Shown: in pieces, positions 31,249 to 40,531 of the stretch
How positions within the stretch are numbered: the first letter of the stretch is position 1
Layout of the letters: each line of letters opens with the position of its first letter
From: Candidatus Bathyarchaeota archaeon
Lineage (GTDB): Archaea; Thermoproteota; Bathyarchaeia; 40CM-2-53-6
Direction of reading: 5' to 3'
DNA: 64,000 bases
Assembly: GCA_963733055.1 (NCBI GenBank)
Contig: CAVTBR010000002.1
Coordinates: 32,001 to 96,000 of the forward strand
Notes under the pieces: generated by a model
What the model was told of the DNA's origin: nothing
The model's database searches: none
The model's input: the letters and a program-made list of their open reading frames with translations, nothing else
Translations under genes and position numbers: made by a program

Positions 31249-31688
31249 AACAATACCCAACAGAGCGCTGATAGACGCTGATGTATTCATTTCATACCTC
31301 ACCTCCGATAAACTGTCCGACCATGCGGAACGGCTTGTGGACAAAGCGGACGCGTCACAGGTGAAACTCTACGCCGCTTCGGAGATGTATGACGGATATC
31401 ATCACCGCTTTGCGTACGCAAGACGTGAAATTAGAGAAGGCGATTCAAGTTCTAGCGGATATCCGTAGGATACCACATGAAACCCTGCCCACCACTCCAG
31501 AAATTGTGGAGCAAGCGATGTCGCTATACTCAAAATTCGGGGGCCCGAAGAGACTGCATTACTTTGATGCATTTCATGTAACAACCGCGAAGAACTTTGA
31601 ACTTCCCCTAATCACGAGCGATAGGTTCATCCTACAAAACTCCCGCAGCCTCGAGATTTCAGCTATCGACCTTCGCAAGCTTAATTGA
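31205..31688 (+). pseudogene. PIN-domain (VapC-like) toxin, frameshift near 31394
   Basis: LIDADVF ... EMYD/DIITAL ... LHYFDAFH ... LITSD motifs across two frames. Confidence 0.75.
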
Positions 31689-31730
31689 ACTCTAAGAAAG
31701 ATAACGTTACTTCCTACTTCTACTTCTAAT

Positions 31731-31826
31731 TCACCGAGTGAAGCTGCGGGTATCAAAGTTGAGGGAGACAACAACTGGCTTACCTTGATTCAGAATGCAA
31801 GTCGAAAAGACGGAAATAGCAACTAG
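31731..31826 (+). pseudogene. Transposase 3' relic (C)
   Basis: SPSEAAGIKVEGDNNWLTLIQNASRKDGNSN*. Confidence 0.88.
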
Positions 31827-31879
31827 CTAGTTTCGATTCGTGAAAACAAGGGGAACCCGTAAGACCGGAATGCAGCATA

Positions 31880-32098
31880 TTGGATGGTAGGTGGAATATG
31901 ATGACAGAAGTGGGCGGTGTGGACAAGTGGCGTTCGACATACGCCAAGCTCGTAGTGCTTGAGTTTGTCCTGAGCGTGATTTTTATTCCACTCGGACACA
32001 TTCTGGGGAACCCATATTTCCGCGGTGTGGGTGTTGGCTTACTGATTGCTTGGGTTACGGGTGCCTTAGCATATTTTGTCGTGCGGAAGAAGGCTTGA
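31880..32098 (+). CDS. Cargo: small 2-TM protein
   Basis: Two hydrophobic helices and a basic tail. Confidence 0.65.
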   Translation: MDGRWNMMTEVGGVDKWRSTYAKLVVLEFVLSVIFIPLGHILGNPYFRGVGVGLLIAWVTGALAYFVVRKKA

Positions 32099-32101
32099 AA
32101 G

Positions 32102-32302
32102 ATGAAGTTAGGCCCATACGGTTACAGACATCTCCTTGCGAGGACGCTTGCAATTGTCGCTATAGTGAATGCGATCATCTTGATTCGTATGTGGTACTTC
32201 TACCTGACGTGGCAAATAGTCTTCGGAATAACAGTGATGGAGTTGCTTGCAATGTTTCTAAATGTGCAATTTTGGTGGAGTCATAGGGATAAAATCTCCT
32301 GA
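32102..32302 (+). CDS. Cargo: small 2-TM protein
   Basis: 3 nt after the previous gene; two hydrophobic helices. Confidence 0.6.
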   Translation: MKLGPYGYRHLLARTLAIVAIVNAIILIRMWYFYLTWQIVFGITVMELLAMFLNVQFWWSHRDKIS

Positions 32303-32333
32303 CGGACACATACATCTATCTTGGTGATGAATT

Positions 32334-32589
32334 GTGTTCTCGCGACTCTACGACCTGCGAAAGCCCACTCTACGAAATTTTATTGTAAGGTATTGTGTCG
32401 GATTGACTTTTGTTGCAGGCGTATCCGCGCTCGATTGTGTACGCGAATCAAGGATGGACTTGGCCTACGGAGATTAACGGAGTTACCTTGGGTCTGCCTG
32501 AGTTTCTAGCCGTCATAGTACTCGTTACACTACCCGTTGCCATATGTATTGACGTGTGGAGAAGCTGGAATCCAACCAAACGAAAGTAA
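32334..32589 (+). CDS. Probable third 2-TM cargo gene with +1 indel near 32430
   Basis: MFSRLYDL..VGLTFVAGVSA / SIVYANQGW..FLAVIVLVTLPVAIC..PTKRK*; the stop lies inside the TIR. Confidence 0.45.
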
Positions 32590-32625
32590 ACAGTCCCAAG
32601 CACCAAACGACAACGACGCGTTACC
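32575..32625 (-). repeat. B-type TIR
   Basis: Reverse complement GGTAACGCGTCGTTGTCGTTTGGTGCTTGGGACTGTTTACTTTCGTTTGGT. Confidence 0.9.
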
Positions 32626-32711
32626 CTAAGTAGATAATAACTTGACAGTTCCCTAAGAAGACTTAGTTAAATGGGTTAGTTACGTGAGGTAATGACGGAA
32701 ATGGGATCTGC

Positions 32712-32966
32712 TTAGCCGCCGCCTACTGGTGGCAGGAGCGTGACTCGGTCCCCATCTTTCAATTCCTCGTTCTCCTTTGCCCAGCGGCCGTTAACGAGAA
32801 GTTTGAGCGTCTCCTTCAGCTCGGAGAGTTTAGGGTGAGCCGTCATAGCCTGAGAAACCGCTTGTTCAATCTTCGCGGGTTCAGGCAGAACGAACTCTTC
32901 TTCCTTTGTACCGACGGCCTCGCGGGCTGCGCCGAGGTAGACAAGTGCGACTTTCACGTTACTCAA
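32712..32966 (-). CDS. moaD: MoaD/ThiS/SAMP sulfur carrier
   Basis: LKDGDRVTLLPPVGGG C-terminus. Confidence 0.9.
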   Translation of the reverse strand: MSNVKVALVYLGAAREAVGTKEEEFVLPEPAKIEQAVSQAMTAHPKLSELKETLKLLVNGRWAKENEELKDGDRVTLLPPVGGG

Positions 32967-33655
32967 TGGGATCTGAAACGGTTGTTCGAGTGAAGCGACA
33001 CTAAAATCTTATGTTGAATTGAACGTTCGATTCACAAGCCCCTTTTTCTTCTCCCATGAATTGTGCACTCACTCCGAGCAGCCACCGAGAAGGCTAATCA
33101 TCCCAGCGGAAATCATGGTGACCGTCACCCTCACGCGGACCCACCCATCAATAGGTCCACCGGTAATTTTTCGGGTGGTGGATTGCCATGCGATGTACCC
33201 AAGACTAACTCAATCAGACAAGTCGCAAGAAACCGAAACTAGGTGGCTAACTGCGCTCGTTGCGCTGATACTTCCACCAAAAGAGTAGGTTCACTGTAAG
33301 GGCGAAGAGGGTAACCGTAGTTGCCAGTACGGTAAATTCGGCAAATTGCTATGCTACAGTTACAACTTGGGGATTCAAGAAGAGATTGTAGAAAATTACC
33401 GCATTTGCAAGGCTGATTACGAGAACTACCCGCAAGAATAGATGTTGCTTGCTCGTGAATCCCATCACATTTCCCTCACTTTGCTTCAGCAAGCGATTCT
33501 GGTAAGCAATGTTTGGCTCTGTTAACATTTCGAGACGGGCAGTGCGGCGCTAAAATCTTATGCTGAAGAGAATTGATGGTGGGTTCAGCAATATTCCCGC
33601 TTGAAGTGTTCTAAGCCGTTTTCTGATGAACACTTCGCCGCCGAGAAGCCGCAAA

Positions 33656-33946
33656 TCAGCGTGTATAGACGATGCTTCTGTGACCTACGGCTCGAAGAGT
33701 GATGGTCTGGCTGCCTTCTTCAATGCTGTAGATTACTCTGAACTCACCGACTCTTAATGACCAGAGACCTTCTAGCTGTCCGCGGAGTATCTTACCCGAG
33801 CGTGGCTCCTCTTTGAGAATCTCAATTGATTGCAGAATGCGTCTATTGGACATGCGGTCGAGTTTGCGCAAATCCTTGAGAAAGCTATTGGTGGAGATTA
33901 GGCTATAGTTTTCCTTGTCTTCTGAGTTTCTGCTTGAGTTGTGCAA
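33656..33946 (-). CDS. RelE/ParE family toxin
   Basis: KDLRKL...LRVGEFRVIY...VGHR motifs. Confidence 0.88.
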   Translation of the reverse strand: MHNSSRNSEDKENYSLISTNSFLKDLRKLDRMSNRRILQSIEILKEEPRSGKILRGQLEGLWSLRVGEFRVIYSIEEGSQTITLRAVGHRSIVYTR

Positions 33947-34109
33947 CGGGGTAGACCTTGCCGGCTTTTGTGTCTCTTCGGGACTGCAGGATTGATCTCA
34001 TTAGCGCCTTGTCTCTGAGTACCTCTTCGGTCTCAAGTAGTTCCTCGAGAATATTTCTTGTCTTAAGCAGCAACTGCCGATCCTGCTGGGTTAGGAGCGA
34101 CTTCGCCAA
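33903..34109 (-). CDS. Antitoxin
   Basis: EELLETEEVL..SR.D.KAG pattern; overlaps the toxin start. Confidence 0.8.
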   Translation of the reverse strand: MAKSLLTQQDRQLLLKTRNILEELLETEEVLRDKALMRSILQSRRDTKAGKVYPVAQLKQKLRRQGKL

Positions 34110-34320
34110 GATGACAACCTCGATAGACCCATTATCCTAGGTCGTATTTTAGAACGATGACAGCGACTCTAGCAAGAATGTCACTATGACCGCCACCCTC
34201 GCGATAACCCACTTGGGGCGGCTGCATCGTGTCAGCCTGTTACCGTCAGCTGAAGCTCCGCTACAGGCGTGGATTATGGACATAATCCCGCGGGAACAGG
34301 TACATATTCTGCGAGCAGGG

Positions 34321-36249
34321 TTAGTTGGGGAGCTTGTGCATCCGCTCGAGCTGGTCCGCTACGTCCCTGAGCCCGACGGCGTCAAGTTTGGCTCGTGTAG
34401 GCATCCCGCTTTTCTTGTCCCAGCCGCGGAGTTCGTAGTAGTTGTCGAGCATAGTGTCGAGTATGTCTTGGCCGAAGGGTTTGCCAGCGAACGCTCCGTC
34501 AGGGAGCGGCTCCATGAGCCTTTTTGGCAGGGTGTCGTCCTTCCTAGTTAGGCCCTCTCGTGCGTTAAAGGCTCTCGAAAGGTCGATCGCTCTTTCGCCG
34601 GCTTGCATGTACTCCTTCATGGTCATGTCCCAGCCCGTCGCGGCATTCAATATTCCTAGTAGGGTGGAGTGTTCGATTCCCCCTCCGGGGTATATGTCGA
34701 ATACGCATACGACGAGGCTGTTGCACATCGACCAGAGATCGGCCAGAATCTTCGCGAGCTTCGTCTTGCTCGGCCCATAATCCAGCAGGGTACGATTGGG
34801 CAGCTCTGAGGCTACCATCCCAAGTTCCGGTTTGAGGTAAGTATCGGCCTCCCAGTAGTCGTCATGTTCCCATTCCATGTGGCAAGCTCCACGATCTGCC
34901 ACTGCATACATCAAGCCCACGTTCCGTTTACCGCGGTGCTCGTGCATCGGTACCTCGCGGCCTTTCACGTGGATTGCGAAATCTTCTGCGCCTTTTCCTA
35001 ACTTTTGTGCAGCCCTCCAAACACCTTCGCCCAAGAGGTCTCCGATGCCTTCTCGGTTTCCGATTAGCTCAACCAGTTTGATAATGGCGTCGGGGCTTCC
35101 CCACTTGATCTCAAGCCCTCCGGTCTGCTCCTTCGTGATAATTCCCTTCTCGTACGCTTCCATAGCGAAGCCAACGACGACCCCAGTGGAGATTGTATCC
35201 ATACCGTACAGGTTGCAGAGTTGGTTTGCCTTTGCAACTGCGTACATGTCGCTGTTCAAGCAATAAGAGCCGAACGCGGTTGAGGTTTCGTACTCCTGGC
35301 CGCCAACCTCCTTGTCGAGTTGGTATGGTTCCTTCCCGTCAACAACCCGTTTGCAGTTTGTCGAGCATGCCCAGCACGTGTCTCTCCCGACCAACAATCC
35401 GCTACTAACCATCGTTTCCCCGGTGAGTTTATCCGCTCCTTCGAAAGTTCCTCGCGAAAAGTTCTTTGTCGGAAGCCTTCCCGAGGCGTTCAAGTCGTCC
35501 GTGTCCCCATTCGTACCGTAATCGCGGAGCGGTTTTATGTACGGACCTTTCTTAACTTCAGACACGCATTGTCTCACATACTCATTCAGCTTCTTATCGT
35601 CATGTACGGGGACCTTCTGGCTTCCCTTGCAACCCCAAGCTTTCAGTTTCTTCGATCCCATAACCGCGCCCATGCCCGATCGGCCGGCCGCTTCGCGTAG
35701 GTCGTTCATGATTGCGGCGAAGCGCACTTTCTTCTCGCCTGCCTGGCCAATCGTGGCGACGCTTGTCTGCCGCTTGTCCGTGTCACCTAACTCTTTCTTG
35801 ATTCCATTCTCAGCCTCCTCGGTGGACTTTCCCCAGTATTTCGATGCGTCTCGAAGCTCGGCTTTTCCTTCGTTCACATAGAGCCAGACCGGGTTCTTTG
35901 AAACTCCTTCAATTATGAAAGCGTCGAAACCAGCCTGCTTGATCTTCGGGGACATGTACCCGCCACTATATGATTCGCCCCATCCTATCCCGAGTGGAGA
36001 CTTGGCGCAGATGCTGAATCGGCTGTTCCCCGAGAAGGGAATAGCTCCCATTGGGCCTGATGCAATGACCATCTTGTTGTCTGGTCCGAGGGGGTCAATT
36101 CCCGGTTTGAGTTCGTCAAACAGAATCTTCGCGGATAGTCCTCTGCCGCCGATATACTTCCGTGCGACATCGTCTCGCAGGGGTTCGGCGGTAATCTTTC
36201 CGGTTGAGAGGTTGACTCGAAGAATCTTACCCATGTATCCTTTCGGCAT
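34321..36249 (-). CDS. aor: Aldehyde:ferredoxin oxidoreductase family (second copy)
   Basis: GGRG, GAVMGSKKLK, CWACSTNC, GMDTIS and YYELRGWD motifs. Confidence 0.92.
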   Translation of the reverse strand: MPKGYMGKILRVNLSTGKITAEPLRDDVARKYIGGRGLSAKILFDELKPGIDPLGPDNKMVIASGPMGAIPFSGNSRFSICAKSPLGIGWGESYSGGYMSPKIKQAGFDAFIIEGVSKNPVWLYVNEGKAELRDASKYWGKSTEEAENGIKKELGDTDKRQTSVATIGQAGEKKVRFAAIMNDLREAAGRSGMGAVMGSKKLKAWGCKGSQKVPVHDDKKLNEYVRQCVSEVKKGPYIKPLRDYGTNGDTDDLNASGRLPTKNFSRGTFEGADKLTGETMVSSGLLVGRDTCWACSTNCKRVVDGKEPYQLDKEVGGQEYETSTAFGSYCLNSDMYAVAKANQLCNLYGMDTISTGVVVGFAMEAYEKGIITKEQTGGLEIKWGSPDAIIKLVELIGNREGIGDLLGEGVWRAAQKLGKGAEDFAIHVKGREVPMHEHRGKRNVGLMYAVADRGACHMEWEHDDYWEADTYLKPELGMVASELPNRTLLDYGPSKTKLAKILADLWSMCNSLVVCVFDIYPGGGIEHSTLLGILNAATGWDMTMKEYMQAGERAIDLSRAFNAREGLTRKDDTLPKRLMEPLPDGAFAGKPFGQDILDTMLDNYYELRGWDKKSGMPTRAKLDAVGLRDVADQLERMHKLPN

Positions 36250-36379
36250 AGGTTACACTCAGTAATCAAATGCAGTGATTCTTCTATTATAACTCTCTCT
36301 GCCCCAACCAGGTTCCATAAGATCTCCATGGATACTGGACCGCTGTTGGCCCTTACACCGTAGCTCGGTTTACCGTTTC

Positions 36380-37138
36380 CTATTTGACGCGGCTGAAGAT
36401 CGCGGTTCCGATGCAGATCATGCCAAGGTCGAAGGCGACAAGAACTAAGAGATCATAGTATAATGGGTAGATTGGTACCCAAGCAGATTTGAGAACCATA
36501 ACCCTCAGCGCGTCGACGCCGTAGGTCAATGGATCGACTACACTTACCCATCGTAGCCACTGGGGTACGTATGTGAGGGGAAAGAGGGCTCCGCTTAAGA
36601 AGAAAAGTGGCAGGTTGACGAAAGTCTGTATCACGCCGAAGCTTTCCAAGCTTCCCATCAACGAAGCCAACGTCAGCCCAATTGATACTAGCCCGAACGT
36701 AATCAGCAACATCACTGGGAGGGATAAGAGGAAGGATTCGGGGTCGAATCTGATTCCGACTATGAAGCTGAAGACGAAAACGAAACTGCCTTGCATTACC
36801 GCGTCGGTGCTGCCGCCCAGCATTTTGCCGACGAAGACTGATATTCTTGAGATTGGTGCGACTAGAATCTCTTTCATGAAGCCGAATTCTCGGTCCCAGA
36901 TTACCGATATGCCCATGAACATTGAGGTGAACAAGAGGGTTTGGCCGACGATGCCTGGGAAGATGAATTGTTGGTAATCGATCCCCACCAACCCCGCGGC
37001 GGCGAATCGCATTCCGGACCCGAAGATGACGAGCCAGAGTAGTGGTTGGATGAAGGAGCTGATTAGCCTAGTCTTCTCTCGAGCGTATCGTTTTACTTCT
37101 CTAAGCCATAGGGTGTAGATGCCACGTAATTCACTCAT
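36380..37138 (-). CDS. ABC-2 type exporter permease (DrrB-like)
   Basis: DREFGFMKEILVAP and DPLTYGVD motifs. Confidence 0.9.
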   Translation of the reverse strand: MSELRGIYTLWLREVKRYAREKTRLISSFIQPLLWLVIFGSGMRFAAAGLVGIDYQQFIFPGIVGQTLLFTSMFMGISVIWDREFGFMKEILVAPISRISVFVGKMLGGSTDAVMQGSFVFVFSFIVGIRFDPESFLLSLPVMLLITFGLVSIGLTLASLMGSLESFGVIQTFVNLPLFFLSGALFPLTYVPQWLRWVSVVDPLTYGVDALRVMVLKSAWVPIYPLYYDLLVLVAFDLGMICIGTAIFSRVK

Positions 37139-38124
37139 TTGATGCCCATCCTTCTGATTTGGTCAAGTCCGTGGTATCCGTCGGAGCCTTCTGATCGCAT
37201 CTCTTTGCCCGTGTAATGCAGAAACACGTCGTCCAACGTCGGCTCATGGATTGACATGGACTCGATGCGTATTCCAGCTTTAGCGGCGGCTTCGACTATT
37301 CGCGGCAGAACCGTCTCTCCATCCCGCACCACCAATTTCAACGCCCCATCTTCCTCCTTCACTTCCTTCGCAAGCTTCAGCTCTCCCAAGATCTCAGAGA
37401 GCTCATTGACTGAGCTGGATTTCACGGTGATTATGTCTCCTTCGAGTTTGTCCTTAAGCCGTTCAGGTTCGTCTAGTGCGATGATCTTGCCCTGGTCTAT
37501 GATTGCGATGCGGTCGCAAAGGCGATCAGCTTCTTCCATGTAGTGGGTTGTGAGTATCGTTGTTATGCTCTCTCGTTTGCTCAACTCGGCGACATACTTC
37601 CAGATGTGTTCTCTCGTTTGCGGGTCGAGGCCGATTGTCGGTTCGTCCAGGAAGAGTACCTTAGGGTAGTGGATTAGCCCCCTCGCGATTTCTAACCGCC
37701 GGCGCATGCCTCCCGAATATGTTCTCATTAGTGCGTCGGCTCGCTGCTCAAGCTCCACGAGTTCGAGCACCTCGTTAATCCGTTTCTTCTGATCCGCGCG
37801 GGGCACGCCGTAGAGGTCTGCGTGCATCTCCAAGTTCTCCCGGCCCGTCAATCTGTCATCGATGCTTGGCTCTTGGAATACGATGCCGATCGACCGTCTA
37901 ACCTTCGATGCGTTCCTGGTTACGTCAAAGCCGTTCACGATCGCGGTTCCTTCGGTTGGTTTGAGGATTGTGCAAAGGATGGAGATTGTGGTGGTCTTGC
38001 CTGCTCCGTTCGGTCCCAGAAGCCCGAAGACCTCGCCCTGGTTGACGCTAAAGTCCACGTTGTCAACGGCTCTAAGTTCGCCGAAGACCTTGGTCAACTT
38101 CCTGACTTGTATTGCCTCATCCAA
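37135..38124 (-). CDS. ABC exporter ATPase (DrrA-like)
   Basis: GPNGAGKTT, YSGGM and LDEPT motifs. Confidence 0.93.
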   Translation of the reverse strand: MDEAIQVRKLTKVFGELRAVDNVDFSVNQGEVFGLLGPNGAGKTTTISILCTILKPTEGTAIVNGFDVTRNASKVRRSIGIVFQEPSIDDRLTGRENLEMHADLYGVPRADQKKRINEVLELVELEQRADALMRTYSGGMRRRLEIARGLIHYPKVLFLDEPTIGLDPQTREHIWKYVAELSKRESITTILTTHYMEEADRLCDRIAIIDQGKIIALDEPERLKDKLEGDIITVKSSSVNELSEILGELKLAKEVKEEDGALKLVVRDGETVLPRIVEAAAKAGIRIESMSIHEPTLDDVFLHYTGKEMRSEGSDGYHGLDQIRRMGIK

Positions 38125-38235
38125 GTGAACGGTCGCCTCGCGTCATCCACCTGTGCAAAGGGGCTTCGGTATGAACTCAACGGATGGGCCGAAAATCTGA
38201 AATTAGCTAAACCACATCTAACAAGTGGCGGAATC

Positions 38236-38412
38236 ATGGTCAACTACGTCTACCTAGCAGCCATCCTGACCGTCGCCTGGGTCCTCTACGCCGCCTTCCG
38301 CGTCGCACCAACCTTAGCCAAACGCTGGAAGGCGTGGGGAGAAGTAGGAGCCCTCCTTGTCTTCACAATAATCGAACTGGGAATCCTCGTCGCCTTCCTG
38401 AAACCATCCTAG
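38236..38412 (+). CDS. Small 2-TM protein
   Basis: MVNYVYLAAIL..., 58 aa. Confidence 0.55.
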   Translation: MVNYVYLAAILTVAWVLYAAFRVAPTLAKRWKAWGEVGALLVFTIIELGILVAFLKPS

Positions 38413-38571
38413 ATCGGCCGATTGGCTACAATCTCAACCCGCAACCGAGCCGAACTGCGCGCCATAGAAAACTATGCCCCCCCAGGGGTCGCAGGTAGAA
38501 AAAGAAACATACGGGAACGCTTCCAACCATTTAGAGAACCATTTATCCTCAAGGCAGCTAACCTGGCGAAT

Positions 38572-39537
38572 ATGCAATACGCTCGTTTAGGGAAAGCCGG
38601 AGTCAAAGTTTCACGAATCTGTATCGGCTGCATGTCGTTCGGCAACGAGAAACCTTGGCAACTAGAACTCGATAAGGCTCGTCCCATCGTAAAACGCGCC
38701 ATCGAACTAGGCATCAACTTCTTCGACACCGCCAACTATTACTCAGGAGGCCGATCCGAAGAGATAACGGGCGAACTGCTGAAACAAAACCGGGACGACG
38801 TAGTACTAGCCACGAAAGTCTACTTCCCAATGGGCGAAAAGCCGAACCAGCACGGACTCTCACGATATCATATACTCGCACAAATCGACGAATCCCTCAA
38901 ACGACTCCAAACGAACCACGTAGACCTGTACCAGATTCATAGGTGGGATTACGAGACACCGATCGAAGAAACCCTCCGCACCCTCGACGACTTAATCCAC
39001 CAAGGAAAAGTGCGCTACATTGGGGCTTCAAGCATGTGGGCGTGGCAGTTCGCAAAAGCGCTCTCAACAAGCGACCGACTCGGTCTGGAAAGGTTCGTGA
39101 GCATGCAGAACCACTACAACTTATGCTACCGGGAAGAGGAACGCGAAATGAATGCCCTCTGCAAAGAGGAGGGTGTAGGACTCCTACCCTGGAGCCCTCT
39201 AGGGAAGGGGTTCTTGTCGGGCAAATACAAGCGGGGGCAGAGTTCGGACGCGGTGCGGTACAAGTCAGACGAACTTCTCACCACACGTTTCTTCCGACCC
39301 GAAGACTTTGACGTCCTAGAAAACGCGGCAGCGATTGCTCAGGAAAAAGGCGTTTCCGTGGCTCAAGTGGCTATTTCCTGGCTACTCCACAAAGGCGTGA
39401 CCGCGCCGATCGTCGGGGTCTCGAAAATCGAACATGTGGAGGAGGCTGTGCAGGCGGTCGAACTCCAGTTGAGCAAGGATGACATGGCGAGGCTTGAGGA
39501 GCCGTACAAACCTCACCGGGTCCTGGGTCACGAATAG
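38572..39537 (+). CDS. Aldo/keto reductase
   Basis: FFDTANYY, ATK, YQIHR and WSPL motifs; start taken at MQYARLG. Confidence 0.92.
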   Translation: MQYARLGKAGVKVSRICIGCMSFGNEKPWQLELDKARPIVKRAIELGINFFDTANYYSGGRSEEITGELLKQNRDDVVLATKVYFPMGEKPNQHGLSRYHILAQIDESLKRLQTNHVDLYQIHRWDYETPIEETLRTLDDLIHQGKVRYIGASSMWAWQFAKALSTSDRLGLERFVSMQNHYNLCYREEEREMNALCKEEGVGLLPWSPLGKGFLSGKYKRGQSSDAVRYKSDELLTTRFFRPEDFDVLENAAAIAQEKGVSVAQVAISWLLHKGVTAPIVGVSKIEHVEEAVQAVELQLSKDDMARLEEPYKPHRVLGHE

Positions 39538-39549
39538 TTTGTGAGGGCC

Positions 39550-40509
39550 CTAGGGTATCAGAACTATCTTTCCGTAAGCACCCGAGCTTAGGATATCCTC
39601 ATGCGCCTTGGGCGCCTCTGCCAACGGCATCTCCCTGCCCACCACGGGCCTGAGGGAGCCATTCTCTAATCCCGCGAAGAGAGCGCTGTGAATTGACTTC
39701 AAATCCCGTTCGCCAGCATTGGACAAGAGCATACCTAGGACCACGGCATCACGGATCATAGTCTCGCGCGGGTCAATCTCAACCGGGCCTCTACTCCCAA
39801 CAACCACTACACGCCCTCCAGGAGCGAGAATTTTCAGATCTCTTCCCAAGTTCAGGTTTGCCAGCATCTCCAAGACAATATCCACTCCTCTCCCGTCAGT
39901 TAGCGCTAAAGCCTGATCAAAATGGTCAGGAGCCTTGTGGTCCAGCGCGAAGTGCGCACCTTCGCGTAGCACGAGTTCAATTCCCTTCGGTGATCCAGCG
40001 GTCCCTAACACTCGCAACCCTGCGGCACGTGCGATCTGAACCGCTGCAATTCCAACTCCCCCACTCGCGCCATGAACAAGAACAACTTCCCCGGCGGCCG
40101 CATGTGCCCGTTGACAGAGAGCCCGGTAAGCGGTGGCGTAGGGAACATTGATCGCTGCGCCCTGAGTAAAGCTCAGTTTTGATGGCAGTTCGTGTACATC
40201 CGTCCCCTTGCAAAGTGCCTTCTCAGCATAAGTGCCACTCACCGACCCTGAAACGTACACGTGAGTCCCAACTTTCAACGTCACATTCTTGCCTACAGAT
40301 TCAACCACGCCTCCCGCGTCACTACCAGGAGTATAAGGCAAGGACGGTTTTCGTGCATAAGCGCCCGCACGAACATACGCATCAACCGGGTTCACACCAG
40401 CCGCGCGAATGCTGACAACAACTTCTCCATCCCCGGCCTCTGGGTCTCCAACCTCTTCGAGCCGCATTACTTCCGGAGGACCGAACTCGTGAACTCGGAT
40501 GGCTTTCAC
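39550..40509 (-). CDS. NADPH:quinone oxidoreductase (zeta-crystallin/MDR)
   Basis: GVNPVD and HGASGGVG motifs. Confidence 0.9.
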   Translation of the reverse strand: MKAIRVHEFGPPEVMRLEEVGDPEAGDGEVVVSIRAAGVNPVDAYVRAGAYARKPSLPYTPGSDAGGVVESVGKNVTLKVGTHVYVSGSVSGTYAEKALCKGTDVHELPSKLSFTQGAAINVPYATAYRALCQRAHAAAGEVVLVHGASGGVGIAAVQIARAAGLRVLGTAGSPKGIELVLREGAHFALDHKAPDHFDQALALTDGRGVDIVLEMLANLNLGRDLKILAPGGRVVVVGSRGPVEIDPRETMIRDAVVLGMLLSNAGERDLKSIHSALFAGLENGSLRPVVGREMPLAEAPKAHEDILSSGAYGKIVLIP

Positions 40510-40531
40510 AACTCTCCCCTCTCAACCCACA

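Larger units (their letters stand above)
31700..32625 (+). mobile_element. Non-autonomous derivative C: degenerate left end, transposase tip, 3 cargo ORFs, B-type right TIR
   Basis: Left GATAACGTTACTTCCT matches the element A TIR at 13/16. Right TIR at 32575-32625. Flanks CTAAGAAA and CTAAGTAG match at 6/8. Confidence 0.6.
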
